Below are positions 10,868-19,249 of a DNA stretch of 64,000 nucleotides, piece by piece. Source of the DNA: Rhodoluna sp. (lineage in GTDB: Bacteria > Actinomycetota > Actinomycetes > Actinomycetales > Microbacteriaceae); contig JAURIU010000001.1 in the NCBI GenBank assembly GCA_030832605.1, positions 2,144 through 66,143 on the forward strand, written 5' to 3'. Position numbers and translations under genes: made by a program. Each line of letters opens with the position of its first letter. The stretch's first letter is position 1. The notes under the pieces were generated by a model. That model was given only the letters and a program-made list of their open reading frames with translations, was not told where the DNA came from and did not search any database.

Positions 10868-12217
10868 TTAGTAAACCTCGAAGTACTCGTCGATCTCCCA
10901 TTGGGTGACATCTCGGGTTGCCACCGTAACTGCCGCTTCGTAGCGCTCAATCTCGTCGCGCTTCATCACCAAAAACACATTGATGAGTTCTGGTGCGATG
11001 TAGTGGGTGAGGTTCTTGTTCGCCTCTAGCGCGTCTAGAGCTTCGGTGAAGGTTAGCGGCAAAACGGGAGCCGACTCATCTTCATAAGTCATACCCTCCG
11101 ATGCCTCTGGGCAAGGCAGGTCGCGCTTGATTCCGTCGAGAGCAGCAGCGAGGATGCCGGCAATCAGTAGGTACGGGTTGGCCGCTCCATCACCGACCCG
11201 AACCTCGAGGCGAGTTCCGGCTCCACGCTCTGGTGGCACGCGAGTCATGGTGCTGCGGTTGTCATAGCCCCAGTTGGCTCGGTATGGAGCCAAGGTGTCT
11301 GGGCCGAGTCGCTTGAACGCGTTGACCGTTGGGTTGGTAAACGCGGTGAGCGCGTGAGCATTGGCTGTGACTCCAGCAATCATTTGCAGGGCAACCTTAG
11401 ATAGGTTTCCGGCACCGTCGTGCATCTGGTTTTCACCGGCGAGGTCGGTGACCGAGAAGTGTAGGTGGAAGCCGCTGCCACCCTCGTCGCTCCATGGCTT
11501 GCCGAGGAAGGTTGCGTGACGCCCACGTCGAGCTGCGACATCCTTGATCGCCGCCTTGAATTTGAAGGTTCGGTCGGCTGCGTCGAGAGCTTCAGAGTGG
11601 TAGAGGTTGATTTCATACTGCGATGGGCTGAACTCGGCGTTGCCGGCAAAAACGCCGATTTGCATCTGGTCAAGCATGCGCATTAGGTGCAAGAAGTCGC
11701 CGTTCGGGTCGGTCATCGCGCCGGTTGTGTAAACAAGACCGGTCTTCTCGTGAGTGCGGCGGTATCCGCCATCTTCGGTGTGGTCAGCAAGGTAAAACTC
11801 AAGTTCTGGACCGACCACGGGCTTGAGGCCAACTGCGTGGTATTCGGCGATTACCTGCTTGAGCACCGAGCGCGGCGACATTAGGTTTACCGAGCCGTCT
11901 GGGTTGTAGGCGTCGGCGATTGCAAAAGCCACGCCTGGCTCCCAGGGAAGGTCGGTGATTGTGTCTGGCTCTAAACGACTGACCAGATCCTGCAATCCAT
12001 CGCTAGCGATGTTGTTTGCCTCGAGCACATCCCCACGGGTGTTGGTTACCCAAACTCCCTGGCAGAAGGCAGGGCCGTTGTGTGCGCCCTTGTCTAGCTG
12101 GCTAACCAGCAGGTCCTTCGAGCGAGTCACGCCGATAACATCTGAATAAATCAGACGCAGCACATCTACTCCGCGGGCCTTGAGTGATTCTCTGAGGGCG
12201 ACAAGGTCGATGGTCAT
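10868..12217 (-). CDS. glutamine synthetase-like gamma-glutamyl:amine ligase (PuuA/IpuC/AtdA1-like)
   Basis: GPELEFYL, EFSPSQYEIN, GKPW...GSGFHLHFS, NWGYDNR, RLEVRVGDGAANPYL; embedded in a catabolic cluster. Confidence 0.88.
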   Translation of the reverse strand: MTIDLVALRESLKARGVDVLRLIYSDVIGVTRSKDLLVSQLDKGAHNGPAFCQGVWVTNTRGDVLEANNIASDGLQDLVSRLEPDTITDLPWEPGVAFAIADAYNPDGSVNLMSPRSVLKQVIAEYHAVGLKPVVGPELEFYLADHTEDGGYRRTHEKTGLVYTTGAMTDPNGDFLHLMRMLDQMQIGVFAGNAEFSPSQYEINLYHSEALDAADRTFKFKAAIKDVAARRGRHATFLGKPWSDEGGSGFHLHFSVTDLAGENQMHDGAGNLSKVALQMIAGVTANAHALTAFTNPTVNAFKRLGPDTLAPYRANWGYDNRSTMTRVPPERGAGTRLEVRVGDGAANPYLLIAGILAAALDGIKRDLPCPEASEGMTYEDESAPVLPLTFTEALDALEANKNLTHYIAPELINVFLVMKRDEIERYEAAVTVATRDVTQWEIDEYFEVY

Positions 12218-12252
12218 TGCAACTCCTTTGTAACAACTTGGCTCATAACAAC

Positions 12253-12274
12253 AATCGTTAGGGCTCAAACGAAA
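12253..12274. promoter_or_regulatory. palindromic operator copy 4
   Basis: AATCGTT-AGGGCTCA-AACGAAA between divergent GS-like and GATase genes. Confidence 0.7.
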
Positions 12275-12336
12275 TAATAACCCTATGGTGTTGTTTCACA
12301 CTTCGATGTTTTGCGAATCGTTATAAGAGGTTATGA

Positions 12337-13041
12337 ATGAAGGTTCTGTTTGTACAGCACGACCACGTGAGCCCAACCGGGCCGGTCGGTGAGCGCTTTC
12401 GCGAGCGCGGTTTCGAAACGCAAGAAATTCTTGTAGTTCCAGAAGACCAGTTCGGCGAACCAAACGTGACCTTCAGATTTCCCGACCTAAACGACTACGA
12501 CGTGATCGTGCCACTCGGTGCACCTTGGGGCGCTTGGGATGACGCCTGTATCGGCAACTGGCTAACCCCAGAGATCGAGTGGATACGCGCTGCGGTCAGC
12601 AGTGGCAAACCGGTGCTGGGCATCTGTTTTGGTGGTCAGCTCATTGCCAGAGCCATGGGCGGTTCTGTCGCACCGGCACCTAAGGGTGAAATCGGCTGGA
12701 CCAACATTTGGAGCGAGCGACCCAACCTCATTTCAAACGGGCCGTGGTTTCAGTTTCACTATGACCGCTGGCAGCTGCCGCGTGGCGCGGTTGAAATCGC
12801 TCGCAACCCGGTTGCCTCACAGGCTTTCTTGATCAACAACTCGCTGGCCGTGCAGTTTCACCCCGAACTCAACGCCGCCGGCCTCAAGGGCTGGCTCGAC
12901 TGGGGCGGCGACAAAAAGGTGCTCGAAGACGGTCAAGACCCGATCGTGATGATGCGCCAAACCGAGGCAGAAGAAGCGGATGCTCGCGCACGAACCTTCG
13001 CGCTGGTCGACGCGTTTCTCGACCAGGTGTCAGGGCTTTAG
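12337..13041 (+). CDS. class I glutamine amidotransferase-like hydrolase (stand-alone GATase1, IpuF/AtdA2-like)
   Basis: PVLGICFGGQL nucleophile Cys, EIGW, QFHPE His-Glu. Confidence 0.85.
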   Translation: MKVLFVQHDHVSPTGPVGERFRERGFETQEILVVPEDQFGEPNVTFRFPDLNDYDVIVPLGAPWGAWDDACIGNWLTPEIEWIRAAVSSGKPVLGICFGGQLIARAMGGSVAPAPKGEIGWTNIWSERPNLISNGPWFQFHYDRWQLPRGAVEIARNPVASQAFLINNSLAVQFHPELNAAGLKGWLDWGGDKKVLEDGQDPIVMMRQTEAEEADARARTFALVDAFLDQVSGL

Positions 13042-14285
13042 CGCAGGTTCACCTTTACCGGCATGCGCTTGATGCCGTGCACGAAGTTACTGCGTAGGTA
13101 GTCGATCTCGCCGTCGACTTCAACCGAGTCGACGCGCTGAATCAGGTCTTCGAACATGATCTTGAGCTCGATGCGGGCAAGAGCGTTTCCGAGACACATG
13201 TGAGGGCCACCACGACCGAACGTCATGTGTTCGTTCGGGTTGCGCGTGACATCCATGCGGTTAGGGTTTTCAAAAATGGTCTCGTCGCGGTTGCCCGAAG
13301 CGAACCAAGGAACAACCTTCTGACCGGTCTTGATCTGAACGCCGTTTAGCTCGACGTCTTTGGTCGCGGTGCGTCTGAAGTGGTAGACCGGGCTCGCGAA
13401 ACGCAAGAATTCTTCGACGGCCCACTCGATCTTGTCTGGGTTTTCTTGCAAGAAGCGCAGCTGGTCTGGGTTCTGAATCAGATTGTTCATGGTGTGGCTG
13501 ATGGTGTGGCGGGTGGTTTCGTTACCGGCTACAACAAGCAGCAAGAAATTGGTGTGAAAATCGCGATCGGTTAGCGGCACGCCATCTGAAGGCATGGTGT
13601 TTACCAGGCGTGAGATAAGGTCGGTGCCGTCTTTGCCCTTGCGCTCGCGAGCAAGCGCGTCGCCATATTCGAAAACCTCGAGGGCGGCCGGCGACTTGAA
13701 CGGAACGAGGCGATACTTTTCGCTCTCGGGGTCGTTGATCAGAACATCCGCGTGTTCTGGGTCGTCGAAGCCGATCATGCGGTTACCCCAGTCGATCAGC
13801 TGGCCGGCGTCTTCTTGAGGCACGTCGAGCAGACGAACCAGAACGTTGATCGGAAAGTCTGAGGCGACTTCTTCGACGAAGTCGAACGAGCCCTTGGCGA
13901 AAGCGTTGTCGAGGGTGGTGGCGGTGAGACCGCGAAGGAACGTTGCGTAGCGAGCCACGGCCTGCGGGGTGAACTCCCCCTGTAGCAGGCGGCGCAGAGC
14001 GCGGTGACGCGAACCATCGGTCTCGAGCAGTGAGCGACGAGCTTCTTCTTGCTCAGCATCCACCTCTTCAAGGTTCGTGAAGCGCTCAGAGGTGAAGGTC
14101 TCTGGGTCGCGCAGCACCTTGACGATGTCGTGATAGCGAGTGACCGAGTAGAAGCCGGAGTTTGGGGCTTCTTCTTCGTTCCAGTGAATCGGGCTGTTCT
14201 TTCGAAGGTCTTCAAAAACCTTCCACGGCGCACCGCCTTCGAAAAGGTCAAGATCGGCAAGTGAAACGCTCGACATTGAGTTCAC
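13038..14285 (-). CDS. cytochrome P450
   Basis: LLVVAGNETTR I-helix, EEFLR ExxR, FGRGGPHMCLG heme-thiolate motif; AGGAG RBS before GTG. Confidence 0.96.
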   Translation of the reverse strand: MNSMSSVSLADLDLFEGGAPWKVFEDLRKNSPIHWNEEEAPNSGFYSVTRYHDIVKVLRDPETFTSERFTNLEEVDAEQEEARRSLLETDGSRHRALRRLLQGEFTPQAVARYATFLRGLTATTLDNAFAKGSFDFVEEVASDFPINVLVRLLDVPQEDAGQLIDWGNRMIGFDDPEHADVLINDPESEKYRLVPFKSPAALEVFEYGDALARERKGKDGTDLISRLVNTMPSDGVPLTDRDFHTNFLLLVVAGNETTRHTISHTMNNLIQNPDQLRFLQENPDKIEWAVEEFLRFASPVYHFRRTATKDVELNGVQIKTGQKVVPWFASGNRDETIFENPNRMDVTRNPNEHMTFGRGGPHMCLGNALARIELKIMFEDLIQRVDSVEVDGEIDYLRSNFVHGIKRMPVKVNLR

Positions 14286-14300
14286 GTCTGACTCCTAAAA

Positions 14301-14322
14301 GATTGTTTGGATACAAATCATT
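14301..14322. promoter_or_regulatory. palindromic operator copy 5
   Basis: GATTGTT-TGGATACA-AATCATT directly upstream of the P450 RBS. Confidence 0.55.
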
Positions 14323-14372
14323 TTTAGATTAGTGACATCTTGAGGTGTTTCTAGTCAAAAAACGAAAATGTT

Positions 14373-14394
14373 ATTCATTCGGGACTAAATGATT
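14373..14394. promoter_or_regulatory. palindromic operator copy 6
   Basis: ATTCATT-CGGGACTA-AATGATT upstream of the MarR gene (autoregulation position). Confidence 0.7.
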
Positions 14395-14440
14395 AGAAAA
14401 TTGTGGTTTAGTTCAGTTGAAAGAGAAAGCGCTGGGAACC

Positions 14441-14935
14441 ATGGCTGGATTGCACACACTTGCCGAAACAGAACGTCAGGTAGAGGCCAGGCTGGTTCAC
14501 AAGAACATCGACTTCGGTGCGATGGCAGTGGTGTCAAACCTGTTTCGAGCTGCCACAGCAGTTCGCAACCACCTCGAGCGCTCGGTGCTAGCTAAAGAAA
14601 ACCTCTCGTGGACTGCTTTCGTTGTGCTTTGGGTCACCTGGATCTGGGAGCCAATCGAAACTCGTCAGATTGCCGTCGAGGGCGGTTTTTCAAAGGCAAC
14701 TCTGACCGGCGTGTTAGGAACCCTAGAAGGACGCGGCCTGGTCACTAGAGAAAAAAGCAAAGACGACGGCCGACTCGTGATTGTCAAGATGACTCCGGAG
14801 GGGCGCAAACTCATGGATCGCCTGTTTCCCGAATTCAACACCGAAGAAAAATTTGTGGTTGAAACCCTTGGCGAATCGGCCGAGCGTCAAACCGCCGACC
14901 ACCTGCGCGAAATTACCCGGCACCTAGAGGGCTAA
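14441..14935 (+). CDS. MarR-family transcriptional regulator
   Basis: LSWTAFVVLW, SKATLTGVLGTLEGRGLVTR...DGRLVIVKMTPEGR winged-helix signature. Confidence 0.92.
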   Translation: MAGLHTLAETERQVEARLVHKNIDFGAMAVVSNLFRAATAVRNHLERSVLAKENLSWTAFVVLWVTWIWEPIETRQIAVEGGFSKATLTGVLGTLEGRGLVTREKSKDDGRLVIVKMTPEGRKLMDRLFPEFNTEEKFVVETLGESAERQTADHLREITRHLEG

Positions 14936-15636
14936 ATTGGCGGCGCGTTTTTCGCCTGCTCGACAAACTTTGCAAACAAACCGGCCTGCTGAGCGTTGTC
15001 GGCAGCGTTGTCTTCTGGGTGCCATTGAACCGCATAGGCCCAAGCACCGTTGTCGATAGCCATAGCCTCGACGTGGCCCTCAGCGGCGCGAGCGATAACG
15101 CGAAGACCTTCGCCTAGCCTGTCTATGGCCTGGTGGTGGTAGCACGACGATTCGAGAACACTTGAGTCAACGCCAAGGCGTTCGGCATCAGCAGCCAAGT
15201 GAAGTTGGTGCACAACGTGGCGGTGATCGTTTTGCATGTGCTGAACCAGCGTGCCGCCAAAGGCAACGTTGACCAATTGAAAACCGCGGCAGATCGCTAG
15301 AAACGGAACCTTGTTTTCGATGGCCCACTTGGTGAGGCTCAGGTCTGAGGAATCTTGCAGCGGGTCAATGCCGTAAAGCTCGTCACTCTCGGGTGTCTGC
15401 CCATAAAGCTCAGGGTTCAAGTCGCCACCACCGGGCATTAGCACAGCCGAGAATCCACGAAGGCGCGTTGACCAATCGGTGTCGGACGTTGGCAATAAAG
15501 TGATGGGCTCTCCGCCAGCGTTCCAGACCGATTCAACCAGGGCGCGAGCGCTAACAACGGCCCTCGAACGAGTAGCGGTAGACCCATCGGCAAAGCGGCC
15601 GAGGATGGCGATTCTTGGTCTATTCAAGGCAGTCAC
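14932..15636 (-). CDS. gamma-glutamyl-gamma-aminobutyrate hydrolase family (peptidase C26, PuuD-like)
   Basis: MPGGGDLNPELYG, LAICRGFQLVNVAFGGTL.QH, YHHQAI, VQWHPE; GGAG RBS before GTG at 15636. Confidence 0.88.
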   Translation of the reverse strand: MTALNRPRIAILGRFADGSTATRSRAVVSARALVESVWNAGGEPITLLPTSDTDWSTRLRGFSAVLMPGGGDLNPELYGQTPESDELYGIDPLQDSSDLSLTKWAIENKVPFLAICRGFQLVNVAFGGTLVQHMQNDHRHVVHQLHLAADAERLGVDSSVLESSCYHHQAIDRLGEGLRVIARAAEGHVEAMAIDNGAWAYAVQWHPEDNAADNAQQAGLFAKFVEQAKNAPPI

Positions 15637-15717
15637 CGCTAACTCCAAATCGTTATAAAAAATCACTCGCCAGACTATCTGAATCTGGTGTTCTAAAGAG
15701 AAGTATGCCCTAGTCTA

Positions 15718-15739
15718 AATCATTAGCATCCGAACGAAA
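15718..15739. promoter_or_regulatory. palindromic operator copy 7
   Basis: AATCATT-AGCATCCG-AACGAAA upstream of the ring-cleavage operon. Confidence 0.7.
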
Positions 15740-15786
15740 TTGAAGTTACGCTTGATTTCAAGACGAACAAACGAGGGAGTTTCTCA

Positions 15787-17247
15787 GTGACCTTTATTGA
15801 GGTGGCCGGGACCAAGGTAGATACACGCCACTACATTGGCGGTCAGCGCGTTGCCAGCGCTGAAACATTCACCAACACCTCCCCCGTTGACGGAAGCTTT
15901 CTGGGCGAAATTGCTCGCGGTGGTCAGACCGAAGTCGACCTGGCCGTTGCTGCCGCCAATAAGGCATTCAAAGGTTGGGTGGCTCTTGGGCCTCTCGGGC
16001 GTGGCGAACTGCTCATGAAACTCGCCGACCTAGTCGAAGCAAACATTGAAACCCTTGCTCAACTCGAAACCATGGACAACGGCTCGTTGCTGCGTTCACA
16101 CCGACGCGGAGTAATGCCGCGCGTGGCCATGAACATTCGCTTCTTTGCCGACTGGGCGATCAACCACCTAGCCCACGAAAAGTTTGAAACTCGCGGCCAC
16201 ACCAACAATATTTCTTGGGACCCATCGGGTGTTTGCGCCCTGATTACCCCATGGAACGCACCTCTGATGCTCGCTACCTGGAAGATCGGCCCAGCGCTAG
16301 CCGCCGGCGACACCGTGGTGCTCAAGCCAGCCGAGTGGACCCCGCTGAGTGCATCATTCTTCGCCGACCTCACCAAGCAGGCGGGCATTCCAGATGGCGT
16401 CTTCAACGTGGTTCAGGGTTATGGCCGCGAAGCCGGCGCTGCGCTGGTTGCCCACACCGACATCGCCCGAATCTCGTTCACCGGCTCGGTTCCTACCGCC
16501 AAGGTGATTGCCAAGGCCGCTGCCGACAACCTAACCCCGCTTTCGTTCGAGCTAGGCGGCAAGAGTCCGCTGTTGGTTTTCGAGGATGCTGACCTTGACC
16601 TTGCCGCCGAACTAGCCGTCGAGCAATACGACAACGCCGGTCAGGTTTGTCTGAGTGGAACCCGGATTTTGGTTCACGAGTCGGTAGCGTCAGGCTTTGC
16701 CGAGAAGTTCCGCGAGCGCGCATCCAAGCTCAAACAGGGCGACCCACGTGACGAGACGACCGACATCGGCCCACAGATTCACCAGGTGCACTTCGACCGA
16801 ATCAAGGGTTTTGTCGACCGCGCCAAGGCCGAGGGGCAGACCATCTTGATGGGTGGCGTGCCAAACGACGAACTGGGCGGCCTGTTCTTTAGACCGACCC
16901 TGATTCAGCCAAGCGCTGGTGCCGAGATCGTGACACAGGAGGTCTTTGGCCCGGTGCTCTGCATGCAAACTTTCAGCTCGGATGAACAGGCTCTCGAAAT
17001 GGCGAACGGAACGGAGTTCGGTCTGGCCGCAGTGGTTGTGTCGGGCATCCGTGAACATGCCGACAAGATCACCAAAGAGTTGGTTGCCGGCACGATTTGG
17101 GTCAACTGCTTCTTCGTTCGCGACCTGCGCGCACCATTCGGCGGCTCACGCAAGTCGGGAATCGGCCGCGAAGGTGGCACCTGGTCATTCGATTTTTATG
17201 CAGACGTAAAAAACACCGTAGTTTCACCGAATGGATGGAAGGAATAG
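15787..17247 (+). CDS. aldehyde dehydrogenase, hydroxymuconate-semialdehyde dehydrogenase type (HpaE/DmpC-like)
   Basis: ITPWNAPLMLATWK, ELGGKSP, NAGQVCLSG, WVNCFFVRDLRAPFGG.RKSGIGREGG (HMSD-type C-terminus). Confidence 0.88.
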   Translation: MTFIEVAGTKVDTRHYIGGQRVASAETFTNTSPVDGSFLGEIARGGQTEVDLAVAAANKAFKGWVALGPLGRGELLMKLADLVEANIETLAQLETMDNGSLLRSHRRGVMPRVAMNIRFFADWAINHLAHEKFETRGHTNNISWDPSGVCALITPWNAPLMLATWKIGPALAAGDTVVLKPAEWTPLSASFFADLTKQAGIPDGVFNVVQGYGREAGAALVAHTDIARISFTGSVPTAKVIAKAAADNLTPLSFELGGKSPLLVFEDADLDLAAELAVEQYDNAGQVCLSGTRILVHESVASGFAEKFRERASKLKQGDPRDETTDIGPQIHQVHFDRIKGFVDRAKAEGQTILMGGVPNDELGGLFFRPTLIQPSAGAEIVTQEVFGPVLCMQTFSSDEQALEMANGTEFGLAAVVVSGIREHADKITKELVAGTIWVNCFFVRDLRAPFGGSRKSGIGREGGTWSFDFYADVKNTVVSPNGWKE

Positions 17248-17249
17248 CG

Positions 17250-18161
17250 ATGGGTGAAGTAGTAGGCGCCGCAATTCTGGCGCACGTGCCAACGATCATG
17301 CTGCCTGAGGCAGTTCGATATGACCTCAACGGGGGCAAAGAGATCAGCCTCGTTCCAGGTCTCAAGCGACTTCGCAAAGAGATTTTCGAAACCCTCGACT
17401 ATGACACCGTCGTGGTGCTCGACAGCCACTGGGCTACCACGGTTGAGTTTGTGGTCACCTCACACGCCGAGCGCTCTGGCTTATTCACCAGCGAAGAGCT
17501 CCCCCGTGGCATGAGCCAGATTCCTTACTTCTTCAAGGGCAACCCTGAACTCGCCAACAGCATGACCAAGTACGACGAAAAGAACGGCACCTGGATCACC
17601 CCGATCAGCGACCCGCACCTGCCGATTTTCTATGCCACCGTGAACCTTTGGCACTACCTCGGTCGCGGCCTCGACGACAAGAAGTGGGTTTCACTCTCGG
17701 TTTGCCAGACCGCTACGGCAGAAGACTTCAAGCGTGCCGGTCGCGCGCTGGGCGAGGCTATTCGCGACAGCGACAGCAAGGTGCTGCTACTCGGTTCGGG
17801 CGCGCTATCGCACACGTTCCACAAGCTGCGCGACCTGCGCAAGCACGAGGCCAGCGACCCGATTCACATCTACACCCCTGAGGCCTACGAGTATGACAAG
17901 AAGGTCATCGAATGGTTCGAGCAAGGTGACCACAAGGCCGTGCTCGACGACTTCGACACCTTCAAAAAGTACAAGCCAGAGGCTGGTTTCTACCACTACC
18001 TAGCCATGGCTGGAGCGCTGGGCGAAGAAGACAACAAGTCGGTCGGTCGCCTCTACAGCGAATATGAAAACTCCATTGGCACCGGTCAGGTGCACATCTG
18101 GTTCGACAAGCCTGAGGGCGGGTTCCCACGACCGAAAGACCTGGTGCTATCTCGTGACTGA
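17250..18161 (+). CDS. extradiol ring-cleavage dioxygenase, LigB superfamily (E. coli HpaD-like)
   Basis: MGEVVGAAILAHVPT, DTVVVLDSHW, GSGALSH, GTGQVHIWF parallel HpaD motifs (THVPS, DTHW, SGSLSH, GTGQ). Confidence 0.85.
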   Translation: MGEVVGAAILAHVPTIMLPEAVRYDLNGGKEISLVPGLKRLRKEIFETLDYDTVVVLDSHWATTVEFVVTSHAERSGLFTSEELPRGMSQIPYFFKGNPELANSMTKYDEKNGTWITPISDPHLPIFYATVNLWHYLGRGLDDKKWVSLSVCQTATAEDFKRAGRALGEAIRDSDSKVLLLGSGALSHTFHKLRDLRKHEASDPIHIYTPEAYEYDKKVIEWFEQGDHKAVLDDFDTFKKYKPEAGFYHYLAMAGALGEEDNKSVGRLYSEYENSIGTGQVHIWFDKPEGGFPRPKDLVLSRD

Positions 18162-19029
18162 AATTAGACGCATTCTGCTAGATGGCTACCCGATTCAGGT
18201 AGTTCGAGATGGCGAAGAGCTGGTTGCCCCTGATGGCCGCCGCATCGCGATCGAAGAGGCAACCCACCTCGCGCCATCCGAGCCGACCAAGATCATCGCC
18301 GTGCACTTGAACTACGACTCGCGCACTCAAGAGTTCATGACCAAGTTGCCGCCAGCGCCGACCTATTTTCACAAGCCGATCACCGCGCTGAACACCCACA
18401 AGGGTGCCGTGGTGCGCCCGGCTGGCTGCAAGTGGCTAAACTACGAGGGTGAAATCGTAATCATCATCGGCAAGACCTGTCGCAACATTTCGCCAGCAGA
18501 GGCCGGCGAATACATCGCGGGCTACTCGGTGGGCAACGACTATGGCCTGCACGACTTCAGAGACACCGATGCTGGTTCGATGCTTCGCGTAAAGGGCAGC
18601 GACACCCTGGCCCCGGTTGGCCCCGGCATGGTGACCGACTGGGATTTCAGAAACAAGATGATTCGCACCTATGTCAACGGCGAGGTCAAGCAAGAAGACA
18701 ACACCGACAACATGGAGTGGGACATGCACTACCTGGTGGCCGACATTGCTCGCACCATCACGCTGGTGCCAGGCGACATGCTGTTCTCGGGCACCCCGGC
18801 GTTCAGCCGCCCGGTTCAGCCTGGCGACGTTGTCGAGGTTGAGGTCGAGGGTCTCGGGCGTTTGACCAACCACATTGTCGAAGGCCCTACACCGATTCGC
18901 ACGGATGTCGGTGCCCAGCCGACCGAGAGCGAAGAAGTCGTATCAACCGCACTCGGTGGCGACTGGGAGTTCAGAGGAATTCGCACCCCATCTAAAGACC
19001 TTTACCCATCTACCGTGGAGGAAAAATAA
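18154..19029 (+). CDS. fumarylacetoacetate hydrolase family protein (HpaG-like isomerase/decarboxylase/hydrolase)
   Basis: KIIAVHLNY, NYEGEI, GYSVGND, KGSDTLAPVGP, TLVPGDMLFSGTP. Confidence 0.9.
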   Translation: MTEIRRILLDGYPIQVVRDGEELVAPDGRRIAIEEATHLAPSEPTKIIAVHLNYDSRTQEFMTKLPPAPTYFHKPITALNTHKGAVVRPAGCKWLNYEGEIVIIIGKTCRNISPAEAGEYIAGYSVGNDYGLHDFRDTDAGSMLRVKGSDTLAPVGPGMVTDWDFRNKMIRTYVNGEVKQEDNTDNMEWDMHYLVADIARTITLVPGDMLFSGTPAFSRPVQPGDVVEVEVEGLGRLTNHIVEGPTPIRTDVGAQPTESEEVVSTALGGDWEFRGIRTPSKDLYPSTVEEK

Positions 19030-19223
19030 TGACAATCAAAATCGATGTAGACATGGCAAAGTGCCAGCACTACGGTCAGTGTGTCTTTGAAGCACCAAAT
19101 ATCTTCCGTCTAAACAATGACGACAAACTGGAATACACAGCCGTTGCAGATGATTCAGAACGCGCCAACGTTGAGGCTGCTGTTGATGTCTGCCCGATGC
19201 AGGCCATTCGCATCGTCGAATAA
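19029..19223 (+). CDS. ferredoxin ([3Fe-4S]-type P450 partner)
   Basis: CQHYGQC...CPMQAI motif, 64 aa. Confidence 0.92.
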   Translation: MTIKIDVDMAKCQHYGQCVFEAPNIFRLNNDDKLEYTAVADDSERANVEAAVDVCPMQAIRIVE

Positions 19224-19249
19224 CCTCGACGACTTTTAGTTAGGCAAAC

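Noticed and set aside
10843-10870. Short tandem duplication TTTAGTCGCG between convergent stops
   Set aside because: Two short copies only; likely slippage scar, not CRISPR or REP
10868-12217. Calling this gene glnA (true glutamine synthetase)
   Set aside because: Catabolic context with gamma-glutamyl hydrolases and overall resemblance to GS-like ligases make a housekeeping GS unlikely
15787-19029. Labelling the operon as a standard hpa (homoprotocatechuate) pathway
   Set aside because: No HpaBC hydroxylase, HpaH or HpaI; linked to P450 and glutamylation genes, so hpa symbols are not assigned
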